Notes under the pieces: generated by a model | What the model was told of the DNA's origin: nothing | The model's input: only the letters and a program-made list of their open reading frames with translations | The model's database searches: none | Program-made: the position numbers and the translations under genes | Shown: in pieces, positions 14,058 to 27,562 of the stretch | Layout of the letters: every line of letters begins with the position of its first letter | How positions within the stretch are numbered: the first letter of the stretch is position 1 | Assembly (NCBI GenBank): GCA_904063045.1 | Contig: CAJFCJ010000014.1 | Location: 124,001 to 188,000 of the forward strand | Reading direction: 5' to 3' | DNA length: 64,000 bases | Origin: Dimorphilus gyrociliatus | Taxonomy: Eukaryota; Animalia; Annelida

Positions 14058-15910
14058 GATTTATTTCTATAGAATTCTATTCTTTCTTCTATTATCAGCT
14101 TTTCGCTGTTGTCGGTCGTACGTTGTAGCAAGCTAACTTGGTCAAACTTCTTTTTGAAATACAAGGCTAGCTATAGTAGTTTCCTACTATATACAGTATA
14201 TATATATATATATATATAAGCATTCGAATAATTGAGATAACGTTAACAGGCCTGGCCCAGATATTGACCCCTTTTTTGTCGTTGAAACTTACTATAAAAT
14301 ACATATAAGCTGATATATTATCTATTGTTTATTAAATGGAATAGAGGTAAACGAATATTTAGTTCTAAAGATTGGCCTTCGTTCTATTTATATTAGGAGA
14401 TTTTAACTGCCTTTTAGATAAATTGAGAGAGAGAGAGAGAGAGTCAGATTGAGAGATTTGGAGACATTGGAAACTTTTTTTGAGTTGTTTCTTGCATTAA
14501 AATAGTCCGGCATTGCTGTTTGTTTTGGCAAACAATCCATTGTTGAAGAACATACAATATATATATATATGGTATTTTTGTCCATATTCTCAATTTTCCA
14601 TATAAGGATAACAAGCATCTTTTACCAAGATATTTCGTTAGCCTATATTGTGTCAAGTGGCTATATCTCTTACAGATGGCGCTTTAGCTAGTGCTCGAAA
14701 GTGTCGAAAGATGTCGACAAGCTTAATTTAAAAGGTAAAGGTAAATATTTGGGACTACTTAAAAAACAATTATTAAAAGAGAGAGAGAGATTGAAGAAGA
14801 TTTTTGTCAGCAAATTTCCGAGAATATGTTAATGCTACCGACCTTTCTTTGAGAGAATATTATCCATATTTTCTTCATTTTCCTTTTAATAATAAGAAAA
14901 TATAAAAAGTTGTGAGGGATTTACTTAATCCTCATTCTCTTCCTTCCCTACACTCGGTCTTATTCGCTCACTTATTTGTGGATTCAATCATCCATACAAC
15001 CACCCCCACCCATCTATCTATCCTATGGATCATTATTCTCTCTCTCTCTCTCTCTCTCTGTCTTCTCTCTCTCTCTTCCCTGTTCTATTTCTCCCTTCTG
15101 AATACACTGTCCTTAAGGTTCAACGGAGAGAGAATGATAAAAGAAGAATTAATATTAATAATTAAAACATACAGAATGAATAGATCAATAGAAGAAGAAA
15201 TAACGAAAACAATAGGATACTTGAATTAACACTGAAAGAGACTAAGGAAAGTAGAGCTTATTAGGCAGATGCCTAGATCTAATGATAAAGTTTTCTCAAT
15301 GTATTACTGTAGTACTGTATACTGTGAATATTAATAAGAACAAGTAAAGAAGAATAATCAAATACGTACCGGTTTGATTAAGCTATTTATACTTAACTAT
15401 ATAATTTATATATATAAATATATACTGTATACAGTATATATTAACCTGATTACGAAATATCTCTTTTATTTTATTTTATACTTTTCCATAGCCCTATCAA
15501 GTATAAACTGGTTTTCTTGCCTGTCTTTTCCCTTCTTTAAACCCGATATTTATCTAACAGATGATAATGAGAACAACAAGAAAATCCAGGACCGACAATT
15601 ACATAGTAGTTCTTTTTCTCTCTATCTCTTAAGCTAACATATTCTGTAATGAGCACAAAATTTTATCATCATAAACAATAAATACGAAATGAAAGATTAA
15701 ACATTTTATTGCTTTTTAGCAATGTTGTTGTTTCTCTTCTTGCAATTCTTGAGAGAGAGAGAGAGAGAGATGGAAAAGCGATTTGGAATAGTTCTTATCG
15801 GTTTAGCACCTCGTTTAATAGATAGAGAAAGACAACAGATGTAGTCTAACACTAGTCACTTAAGTCATCTCTACTCTCAAACTCTTTTTGGCATACTCTT
15901 GTAAAAGATG

Positions 15911-15948
15911 TACACACACACACACACACTCTCTCTCTCTCTCTCTCT
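15911..15948. repeat. Compound (CA)n(CT)n microsatellite
   Basis: acacacacac followed by ctctctct. Confidence 0.85.
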
Positions 15949-16025
15949 TATTCTTAAATGTTATATATTTCTTTAAAGATATTTACCATTTGATCATTTT
16001 CTCCCTGTATATAGCATAATTTAAA

Positions 16026-16590
16026 GTGGCGGGAGAGATGAAAAACAACAAAACAACAGCAAAGTTACCTAATCTCTTATATCTATAATGAAACTAGGAG
16101 AGTGAAAATTACGCCAGTTTCTCCATTAAAATTTGATGAATAATACTTATGGACCAGTAATGAAATTTATCAAAACAACAACACTATACTGTAAATCGAC
16201 TATTATAAGATAATAATTGTATAGCTCTCATTTCGGTTGTATTGTCGTAAAGAGCGCGTGCTGTTTTTTAGAAATGCACAGTTTGCATCTTTGGCTTAGA
16301 TCGTCTTCGTCCATCGGACGAATAAGGGCAATATGAAAGATAAAGCTATAGAGTAGTAATGACTATTTGCCTAAACAGATCTGTTTTATTGAATGGCCCT
16401 GACATAGTATTCAACTTTTCAATTACCTAACCTAATAAGTTATGTCTAACCGTATTTGCTGGCTATAATGACGTTGTTTGATGCTATCCTCTCTCAAAAA
16501 GAAAAAAGAAGAAAAAGATTCCAATCAACTATTGCCTTATTTTATTAAAGAGGCTATCAACCGCAAGAAAATTATCGGGTGTCCTCTCCA
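16026..16590 (+). pseudogene. Decayed SLC5 symporter relic (third copy)
   Basis: After acceptor aaacag at 16378 the sequence reads SVLLNGPDIVFNFSIT*...LTVFAGYNDVV*CYPLS...NQLLPYFIKEAINRK, matching exon 6 of the gene at 19138 (SVLLNAPAICLMFSITC...LTVFAYYNGVVQCDPLS...NQLLPYFIMDAINRK) with stops. There is a weaker exon-1-like remnant (RRVKITPVS vs RNMKVVPVS) near 16095-16125. Confidence 0.8.
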
Positions 16591-16937
16591 ATAGGTTCGT
16601 GGCTCAAAAGGAAATTTATATTATTGGGTATAAAGGCAAAGTAAAGCGGGATAGAGGGATATAAAGATATTAGCGTTAAAGATGTTTTTGGTAGTAAAAT
16701 ACATTAAATTCTAGTTGAAAGTATAAAGTTGAATAAAAAAACAATTTGTTTAGATGTAATTTTCGATATAATTTGCCTTTGGAATAGCTTTTCCTTTCGA
16801 TTAAACAAACAAAATTGCCTAGCTCGGCTTACAAACAACTCGAACTATTTCTTACTAACCTTCTAGGTACTAAAGTAAATAAAGTTTGTTATAAGCCAAA
16901 CATATTCAGGCGTTCATTCAATTCATTCATCAATCAG

Positions 16938-16968
<31 letters not shown>

Positions 16969-19137
16969 GTCGTCCGTTCATGTATCCTTATTTATATTAA
17001 TACTATTTATACTTATAGCCTGCTTACAGATTAAGTAGGATTAGGGAAAAAACAAAAAAGACAGTTTTTTTTTATCTTGGCACGATAACATCTACGTAGA
17101 ACGGAATAGATCCGAGAATAAGAATTAGACTAATTCTTTATCAGACTAGCAAGTCGGTCAGCGTCGTATCTTACTGAATATAAAAAATTGGAGGAAGATA
17201 GGGAGAAAAACGATGAAGATGGCCTCGATTCGACATTGAATTAAGAATCTTTATTATTGATTGTATTAAATATTTAGAGTTGATAATTTGCAAGTAAAAT
17301 GGTAATAAAGAAGAAGAAATCAAATTATTATATGCGATATGAGAAGAGAATATACGGGGAAATTTCTATCAATCATCTTAATAGCGTTGATCTGTATCTT
17401 TCATGCCTTGCGAAAAATTACTTAAATAGAACCAATGACCCAATTTAGAGTTTCCTCCTTTCTTTTCCAGAGATTGAATGATAAAGAAATTTTTTCCTTC
17501 TCATCCTTTTTCACCTACGTCAAGATGGATGGATGGATGGGTGAATAGATAGATAGATAGGCGGATAGATTGAATGATTAATTAACTAATTAATTATTGA
17601 ATAGCTTGACTTGATACAAGATAAGAGAAATATGGAATATTTATTAATTGGTGTATTTTATCTTTTAACTAAATTCTTCATCTTGAACCAATAGAATTAA
17701 TTTTTATCTATTTCAATATAAAGAACAGAATCTTATTCTCTCTCTCTCTCTGATTTCTTCAATTGTTCATATTAAGAGAGATAGACAGACGGAACAGATA
17801 GATAGATAGATAGATAGACAGAAGAAAACATTCATTAAAAAGGTCAAAATAAGGATCTTTTATATGTTTGATTTAATATTTTTTTTTTTGATAAAAAAAG
17901 AAGAAGAAATTATTAAGAAAAGTATAAAGTGCGTTTAAATCACATAACTCTTAATCTCGATTAATTAAAGGTCAAGTATGAACTTTTAGAACGCTGACCC
18001 GAGTAATAGCTAAATACTCTTTTTAACCTTCCCTCCCTTTATACAGTATTATTATTGTTATTATTATTATTGTTATTACTATTATTATTCATTCTTCAAC
18101 AATCCATTATTACGATTATTACTCATAGTAATACGCTTATTATATTTATTAATGCATTGGTAATATATTGAATTAGATAACTAGAAACTGTTCTTTCATT
18201 TATCCTGTTGGCCAAAGTAATAATATTCAAGTTTTTGTTTTATCTTTATTCTTGAACTCTTTACTAAAGTAAAGTAATCTTGAACTTCCTTAGCAGCTAA
18301 GAAACTGGAGGAGCCGAAAATTATGAAAACTCGTCAACTACGGATGAAGACAGTACGGAGAAAGAGGAGCAGATGCACAAAAGAGAAACATAGACATATA
18401 TTTGTATATGTTGTCTATATGCACAGTACACACCTAAATACCTACATACCCACATACATAGAAGAGCGGAATGTTTGTTCTCTTTAGCTTTACATGAGCA
18501 TGCTTAATTGTCTAATCAATTAACGATAAGAAAAGATATATATAGTTTCTTTCAAGTGCTCTAATCGTAGAGAAGCTAAAGACTCCTACAGATTTTATGA
18601 TAAAGATTACAAAGTGAAAATATAACATGAATTTACAATAATACGAAAGTTGAAGAAGACGGAAGACAAGTAAAAACTTTTAATAATTTAATTAACAAGT
18701 TAACTAATTAGTAATAAATTAATGGACAAATTAATAAAGTTAGGTTAAGCGGATATTATAATATTAAAAATTCTTTCAAGTGTGTTTATAACATATTTAC
18801 GTTATCTTTTAATTCTTTTACTCTTTATAAGCATACTAGAACAGATAATAGCATCGTTTCACTAATAGTAATAGATATATAAATATGTGCATGTAGAAAA
18901 ATTAACTACGATGAATAGGCTAGTCGTAAAGGTATCTCTTGTTTATGAGCGCCATAGCAATAAGAAAATTAACAGATAACTTTTCTTATCCTTTGTTTTC
19001 GTTAGAATCTTTGTAACATACACGTGTTAGAGGACCAACTTCTTCTATTCGAATCGTTTGCAAGACTCAATTGAACAAACAGTCTGAACGGAGAGACCAA
19101 CGAAAAGACTGAAACACTTTAAAAAGTATCAAGAACA

Positions 19138-21659
19138 ATGGACAGTAGTACCACATCATCTTCGGACTTCCTGACTAAGACGACAAATACTTTGGCATGG
19201 CCGGATTATCTGATCTTTTCGCTTACTCTTCTCGTTTCATTAGGCATAGGAATTTATACGGCAGTTGCGGGAGGTGGTCAAAAAACCACTAATGAATATC
19301 TTATGGGTAATAGGAATATGAAAGTTGTACCAGTTTCTTTGTCGATGTTTATGAGTTTTGTATCAGCAATTTTGGTGTTGGGTAATACCGGAGAAATGTA
19401 CCAAAGAGGTACAATGTATTGGTTACAATGCGTTGCTAATTCGATATCCTACGTTACAATTGGAATGGTATTTGTCCCCTTATTCTTTCCGTTGAACGTA
19501 ACCAGTTCATTCGAAGTAAGTACAGCAAATTCCGTTTGCCCGCAAACCTCCTATCCCATATATCATTTACATTATAGTATCTGGAAAGAAGATACAAGCA
19601 TAAATCCGTGAAAATTGTTGGAACTATATACTTGATGCTTTCGCAAATTATATACATGGGAATAGCCATGTATTCTCCCGCAACGGCACTTGAAGCAGTC
19701 ACAAATTTTCCAGTATGGGCGTCAATTTTAGCTTCCGGAATAGTTGCAACAATTTATACAACAATCGTAAGCGTAATAGACAAAATTTATCTATATAATT
19801 ATTAAAAGGATTTATGCTTATTAGGGTGGTATGAAGGCAGTTATTTGGACTGACGTGTTCCAAGGTATCGTCTATATGGTTGGCGTTAGCGCTATTCTTG
19901 GTTTTGTAAGTTGTTCATTCAAGTTTGCAATTCAAATGATAAAATGTTTGTAATCATTCAAAGGGTGTTGAAAAAGTTGGTGGTTTGAAGAAGGTATGGG
20001 ATATTTCGAGGGAGCATAATAGATTGGTTGATTTCGGGTAAGCATTGACATTCTTAATGAAGCCAATAGTTGCATATTCCTATAAAAAACAGTTCGTGGG
20101 ATACTTGGACATTTAATCCGGCTATAAGATTATCAATATGGTCCGTTATGATTGGAAGTTTTGTCAACTCTCATCAAACCTCTGGCACTGGACAAACTTC
20201 CGTTCAACGTTATTGCGCCCTACCAACGTTGCGTGGAGCAAAATTGTAAGCATTTCAAGTGGTTTTTCACTCTTAAAAGATTGAATGATAAACAAAGATT
20301 TCCCTCTACAGATCTGTACTTTTAAACGCTCCTGCTATTTGCTTAATGTTTTCAATAACCTGCTTAATTGGTCTAACAGTTTTTGCCTATTATAACGGAG
20401 TCGTTCAATGCGATCCTCTTAGCGCAAACTTTATCAAAAATCCAAATCAACTTTTGCCTTATTTCATCATGGACGCTATCAACCGCAAAGGATTGCCTGG
20501 TCTCTTTTTAGCCGTTCTCTTTTCTGGAGCCTTATCAACCGTTTCTTCGTCTTTATCCGCTCTTTCAGCCGTTGCATGGAAGGATTTGTTAGAATGGAGA
20601 TTTAAGCATATTCCAGAAAGTAGAAAAGCTCTTGTAACCAAATTTTTGGCAGCATTTTTTGGTTGTGTAGCCATTGGAATGGCATTTTTGGCGAGTAAGA
20701 TGGGTAACGTTCTCCAAGCGTCTCAAAGTTTCGTTACAGGTGTAGCAGGACCATTGTTGGGTATGTTTGTTCTAGGTGCAGTATTTCCCTGTGCGAATTG
20801 GAAGGTAATAATAACCAACTGAAAGAAAGCAATCTAATGGACTAATTAACTAATAAAAATTGATTTTGTTAGGGTGCTACAATTGGAAGTATTTTCGGTC
20901 TAGGAATAACAATGTGGATTACAATTGGTGCTTACATAACAAAGCCTTATTCTCTAACTTTACCAGTTGTAACTGATAGATGTCTGAACTATACGCCTCC
21001 AGCTTTTCCTCCAACAAATCCACCGTAAATAGATTCTTTATAGGGAAAGATTTTCCTTTTAATATCGACTGTTTTCCTATCAATCAGCAACGTATTAGGA
21101 ATCTACAAAATCTCTTATTTATGGTACGCAACCGTAGGAACATTAACGACTATTATTGTTGGGTTAGCTGTGTCCTTTGCAACAGGTAATATAGTTGATT
21201 ATACAACTAAATGATAAAAAACATTTGCTTATCTCCTCCTTTTCACCAACTAACGATTTGTTTATCTGTTTAAAAACAACACATTCCTATCAATACAGGA
21301 CCAACAAATCCGAGAAGCGTTCACCGGAAGTATATCATAGCAATTGTAGATCAGTGTTATTGCTGTTTACCTGAAAGTTTTAAAAAGTTATTCAGATGTT
21401 GGGAACCAAGCGAAGCCATTGACGAAGATGAGGTTTGTTTATCTTGATAGTATTAACTATCCTAGCCTCTTCCCTATGTATTTTACTACAATTTTACTAT
21501 TGCGTTTAGATAACAGAAGAAATTGAATTGAAAGATTCCAAGATTGTGACATCCAAGAAAGATAGTCAAGTAGCTCCGCTACCAGACTATTCTGCTACAG
21601 AGACGGAGGCTCATCAAAGGGTTGGTTATAAAGTGGAGGATAATCCTACGAAATATTAA
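19138..21659 (+). CDS. SLC5 sodium:solute symporter (SLC5A8/SLC5A6-like monocarboxylate/multivitamin type), copy A, 10 exons
   Basis: SSF motifs [80 protein letters not shown]. All introns are GT-AG and in phase. Stop TAA 21657-21659. Confidence 0.93.
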
Positions 21660-22214
21660 AAGAAAAGCCAAAACAAACAAACAAACAAATTAATAAATAT
21701 TTTGAATATGTAAAGAAAAACTTGTTTTTATTTCATTTTGTTATGAATAATTAATTAGATAATTAATTAATAAATTACGATGAATGTACTGTATGGAGTT
21801 GTTTCTTTTCTCTCTCTCTCTCTCTCTCTCTCTCACATATAAGCAAACATCAATGTTTATTACAATTAGCAGTTTATTAGTTTGCCATCTGTATAGCAGT
21901 TAAAGATTACACCTTTTAAACAAATGTCTACATTAATATTTATACTTCAAAAAGAAATGATACAGAATAGTAAAAATAGTTGAAATAATATATTAATAAC
22001 GATAATAGGTATAACACTGTTGTTAAGGGAAAAAAAACAGTTCAAGTTGACTTTGTGACATCTTCTTTCTTCGGTTCGTCCGCTTGGAATGCTGGATTTT
22101 CGTGTCCATTTACTTTATTATCCATTGGATGAATGGCGTTTCTTGACGAGTTACCCTTCATCTAATTAAAAGGTAATAAAACGAAAGTAAGAATTACTTA
22201 AATGTTTGACTCGT

Positions 22215-25206
22215 TTAATTGTTTTCTCTTTTTACCTCGACAGTTTCAAACTCTTCTTCAAAGTCATTCTCAATAATCTTGTCTCTATCGACACCGCACC
22301 ATAGTTTTCTTTGTATAGACATTGGGAGGCAGCAAAACACTCTTTGGAAGAACGGTATTATCAATCTTGGATCTTGTTCACTTGGTTTTTCAGGACCGGT
22401 TAATAGACTAACGATGGTACCGATGATTAAGCAACTAAATGTACCGATTGCCGAAAACCACATAAAAGATATACGGAATAGGCCGAAAACACCATCCTTG
22501 TCCCCTGGAACTCCCTTTAATTCTACGAGATTTAAATCTGAGCAGTTGTTCATACTTGTTGAAAGTCGAGCGCTATGAGGTTTAGTAACGTATTGGCCAA
22601 TGGTAACGGTCAGGGTTAAGATTAAACCAATCCAACCGCCAGCCAAGGCACCTTTCCAATTTGCGAATGGGATCAATCCGCCCAATAAGAACATTCCCAA
22701 TAGTGGTCCTGCAACACCGCTGACGAAACTCTGAGATGCTTGGAGTACGTGTCCTCCTAATGTCTGAGCCATAAAAGCCATGCCTACGGCTATTATACCG
22801 AAAACACCAACGAGAAGTTTGTTAGCCAAGGCCTTACGTTCTTCGGGAATATGGTGAAATTTCCATTCCAAAAGATCTTTCCAAGTAACGGCTGCCAAAG
22901 AATTGAGAGAAGAAGAGAGCGTGGAGAGTGCACCGGAGAAGAGAACAGCAACAAAAAGACCCGACAGACCCTTAACATTGATTACCTGGCTGATAAAGAA
23001 GGGCAAGAGTTGATTTTGGTTATTTAAAATAGTGCTATTATTAACGCCGGCTCTAAGAGGATCGCAGCCCAAAGCGTCAAAATAAGCAAAGACAACTAAT
23101 CCACAAAGGCAGGTTAGAGTATAAAAGAGGAGCATGGCTGGAGTATTTAATATAACTGATATTCTTCCTTTGTTCATGGAAGATACAGAGCTATTTGAAA
23201 AGAATTAAGTATTAATGTAAATATGGCACCAATTTTCGAATAGTACGAGAGTTTACCAGTATCTTTGAACGGATGTTTGTCCAGTACCAGTTGTTTGAAC
23301 GGAAGCTATCACTCTGCCAACGACAACAGACCAAAAAGACATTCTTATCAAGGGATTTGCGTTCATGCTAAGTTTGAGAGGGGAATAGGGTTAGAGAAAG
23401 AGAGAAAAGATAGGATGATAATATTTACTTGAAAAATTTAATTCTTCCTGTGTCGCTAGCTCTTTTGAAAACTTCTTTCATTCCTCCATCAATTTTGTTA
23501 GTACCCATAACAAGAACAGTAATTAGACCACCAACCATAACGAGCGCTTGGAAGACATCTGTCCAAACGACAGCTTTCATACCACCCTAAAAGCAGTACA
23601 AGGTATTGTATAGGAAAAATTAGAAAAAGAAGACAAACATTAATGACAAACATAGAAATGGAAAGAACAGAAGCCGACTATTTTAATCTTTTCTTATTGT
23701 TCCAACTATTTGTAAATTGTATACATAGTTAGGAAAGAATATTTACCAAAGTTGTATAAATAGTAGCAACGACGCCTGTAGCGAGAATAGACGCCCACAC
23801 TGGAATATTTGTAACTGTTTTTGGAAAGAGAATTATTCATATTTACTATCAAGTTCAAGAGGATGGATAATAATTATAGAAAATGAACTAACCGGCGTCT
23901 AAAGCCGTTGCTGGAGAGAACATAGCAATTCCCATATAAAGAATCTGTTGGTTGATAACGGATTGTTACAACAGTAATAATAACAATAATAATAAATATT
24001 AATAAGCATCTAGATAAGAAAAAGGGGAATAGATGATTCTCACCTGAGATAACATAAGAAGAATTGTACCGGATAGACGAACAGATCTTGATTTGAATCT
24101 CATCTCAAGATACTAGAGAAATAAAAAGAAATGAATGAATGAATGCATTAATAGTTAGTTAACAGTTTTATAATCGCAATATATAATTGATAATTAAAGA
24201 GAAATTTCAACATCTTTATCTTGAGTACAATGTTGAATGTCTTCGTAAACTTAGTCAATTTGGGGAGGAGAAAGGTTGAAGAATTAAAAACATAAACAAT
24301 GACAAGGAAGAAAGATATGCAGAGCACTTTTTTTTATATTGAAATTAGTAAGAAATAGAAAATAATACAAAAAAAAGATTGAACTGCACTTAAAAAACTC
24401 TTATTAGATAAGTATAAAGATAGAGAAGATAGAGATAATAATGTTTTTATCTATCGCCTAGCTACGATTACGATCAAAAATACAAATTAATAGATTAAAC
24501 GACTCTTTAATAAATAAAACTCTTAAAGATTTCTATCTTTTCTTTTTTTTTTCACGCTCTAAATGAGTGACTTTCAAAAGATTAATGGAATTGCACAGCC
24601 TTTTCTCTCCAACTGGACTGGGGAATGAATGTTTGAATGGAGAGGGCCGATAGAAAAATCAACATTCTTTTTTAAAAATATATACCTGAAACGATGATGT
24701 AATGTTTAAAGGGTAGAATAGTGGCACGAAAATTACTGACGATATAGCAAAAGCCAATGAAGAGCCAACTGCAGCCATCCACATTTGCGTTCCGTGCAAA
24801 TACATTTCGGCAGTATTTCCAAGAATTAGGATAGCAGATATATAAGACATGAACATAGATAATGCAACGGGGATAACGCCTAAACTCCTATGTAGAGGGA
24901 AAAAGTAAAGGGTAGAAAAATTGAAAGAAAGTTGTCACAATGCTCAAAACTCTTACTTGTTACCCATAAGGTATTCCTTGGTCGTTTTCTGTTTTCCTCC
25001 AGCAATTGCATAGTATATACCAATGCCAAGTGAAATCAGAAGAGTTCCTGCAAAAACAGTTGAAAATTTTGCAGAGAGAGAGAGAGAACAGTTAAATAAA
25101 TTCACAAGAAAGGAGAGAATAAATGAATAAATAGAGAAATAGTATAAAGAATCTTACCGATAAACAAAAGGTAATCTGCCCAATGAAAGCTTGTCTTAAT
25201 CTCCAT
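22215..25206 (-). CDS. SLC5 sodium:solute symporter (SLC5A8/SLC5A6-like), copy B, 9 exons, convergent with copy A
   Basis: ATG 25206 ([12 protein letters not shown]). Motifs [53 protein letters not shown]. The last exon, 23190-22215, is uninterrupted. Confidence 0.93.
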
Positions 25207-27562
25207 GATTGATTTATTGTTTTCCAGTTGAGAAAATATTAGACAACTAATACAAGATAAATTATTGAATGATTACTTAAACGAGGCTTTGAAGAGACGA
25301 AAAACGATTAAAATATGAAGAGAGAGAGAGAGAGAGATGAGAAGTCAAAGTTGAACTTACGCCAAGACTCGAAAATTTTAAATAAGCCACATCTTTATAT
25401 ATATAGACGAACAATCATCTACTTTAGTAATACTTGTTATCTCTTTAAAAATCTTATCAACAAGAAATATTTGATATATAAAGTTGATTTTTCTTATAAT
25501 TGAATATTACGGAAAAAAACGTTTTGTTCAAGATATCATAAATCGCATATGAAATGTTTCTTATCTTAAAAAGTATCATCATAACTTTAGATAATAAACG
25601 GTTTTTAATTAAATCATTTTTTTTCATTCAACACAATCAGTTGATTTCTTTTCTTTCTTTCTCTCTCTCTCTCTTTCATTCAATTTTTTTTACATGAATT
25701 ATTTTAACATTTACTCAATTCATTCGTTCCATTCTCTCCCTTTCTTCATATCTCCCTCGTTTCTTTCCCCATCCCTGATCCCTACCATACTTACTTCGTC
25801 ATTGTTTTTTTTATTCCCCTTCTCTTCCTCGTATGATCAAATTCAACTAATTTAACTTTGTTATTCAAAGCTATATATATATATGTATATATATACATAT
25901 TCATATCTAATTACCATATGCAAATAAATGCTAATTAAATGAAAATTGACGGTGTGACAATTAAAACAAAAGCAAATAATCAACAAATAAATGAACGAAT
26001 AAACAAACTAGCAAACTAGAAAAAAGTTAATAGTTCCAAAAATATCCGAAGGGCAATGGGAAGAGAAACAAACACAAGACAAATAGAATGTTAATACCCA
26101 ATTTAACAACCTTACATGTGCATGATATATGCTGTTTATATTCTAATACGAATACTATTAGAGTTAAGTCGCAAACTAACTCATTCTATTAAACTCTGTA
26201 TTATATTCTTTCTCCTTTCTAGCATTTTTCCTTTTCCCTTCAGTCATTCGTTCGCTCTCTTTCTTTCTTTTAATATTTTTGCTTATTCTCACATTCCCTT
26301 CTCTCCCTGCGGCTGCTTCGCTGTACATGTCTGTTTTGTTTGTATTTATGTTTTATGTTCATTTCGTCTCTGTAGCAGAGGAGTTATCGAGAGAAATCTC
26401 TTTAATAAACACAACAACTAAAGCACTCGACTAATCTATGCAAATTGATTAAGAGAGAAACCTTTACCCTTTTAATTAGATCGTACTCGTTTACACTTTT
26501 TTCATTTAAAATGCGTATAAATTAAAATATCATCATTCTACGATTTTCTTTGTTTGGTTTATCATTGTGTTAGATAAAACAAAAGTAGTTTTATTCATCT
26601 ATGAAAGAAACGCAAAAAAATACTGAGAGTCTTTGTAATATGGTTCTTGAACTATAAGCCTAGGCTTGTAGTTAAATAAGATAAAGCGGGAGAACGTGCG
26701 AATGACGTTATTCGCTGTTTTTTCCCCCCTTTTTAATTCTAGGTAGCTAAGCAATTAAGATGACAAGTAAAAAAAGAAAAAGAAACGTTAATTATTATTC
26801 AAAGCACTAACTCAAAGCTAGTATTACGGTAGTTGAAAGAGAAAAAGAGAGAGAGAGAGAGAGAGAGACAAAGAGTGTGAGTGAGTGAAGGAGTAAGGTA
26901 GAGAAAAGCAAATGAGAATGTTATAGCTCAATCAAAACATTTCAATTCATTGACTTTTTAGCATTGATAATGAACTTTTAAGAAAACAACTTTATTCACT
27001 TTTCTTATCGATAAACAGTAATTTAGAGATAAAAGTATTTTCTTAATAATTCAACTATTAAAAAAATATATTTACAAAATTTATGCATAGTCACTTTTCA
27101 TTATAATATCATTTCATCCTTAAGAATTATACTATTGTTGTATTGGCTGTTTATCGCTTTGTATTTATATTTTCAACCTCTTTCCAATTCACTCTCTCTT
27201 TTTATCTTCTTGTTTTATCCTTCATTCGTTCATTCATTCTTCCCCTGCCCATCTCCTTACTAAAGCAACGCATGCATATTCTCCAACTCGATAGTCTCGA
27301 CTAGAATAATTTTCGTATTATACATGTCTTTCTTCCCTGTCATCCCTCTCCCCCTCCTGCCCCCTCCTCCTCCCCTTTCAAATTGAACAACTAACATGTG
27401 TTTCTTTGATAATTTATTGACTAAATACTAGAACATAAGAAAAATGACAAGAGTTGAGCAATTATTTAAGGAAAGAAGAAAAGAATTGAGTTTTATTCGT
27501 CTAGTGAGTTCTTCTATATCCTTCAACTGTTCCATGTTACAGTATTCGAAATAGTTGATAAT

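Noticed and set aside
14403-14656. Two overlapping short minus-strand ORFs upstream of CYP copy 3
   Set aside because: No motif or splice support. More likely promoter/UTR sequence.
25918-25925. ATGCAAAT octamer
   Set aside because: A single 8-mer in AT-rich DNA is expected by chance, and there is no snRNA or other supporting context.
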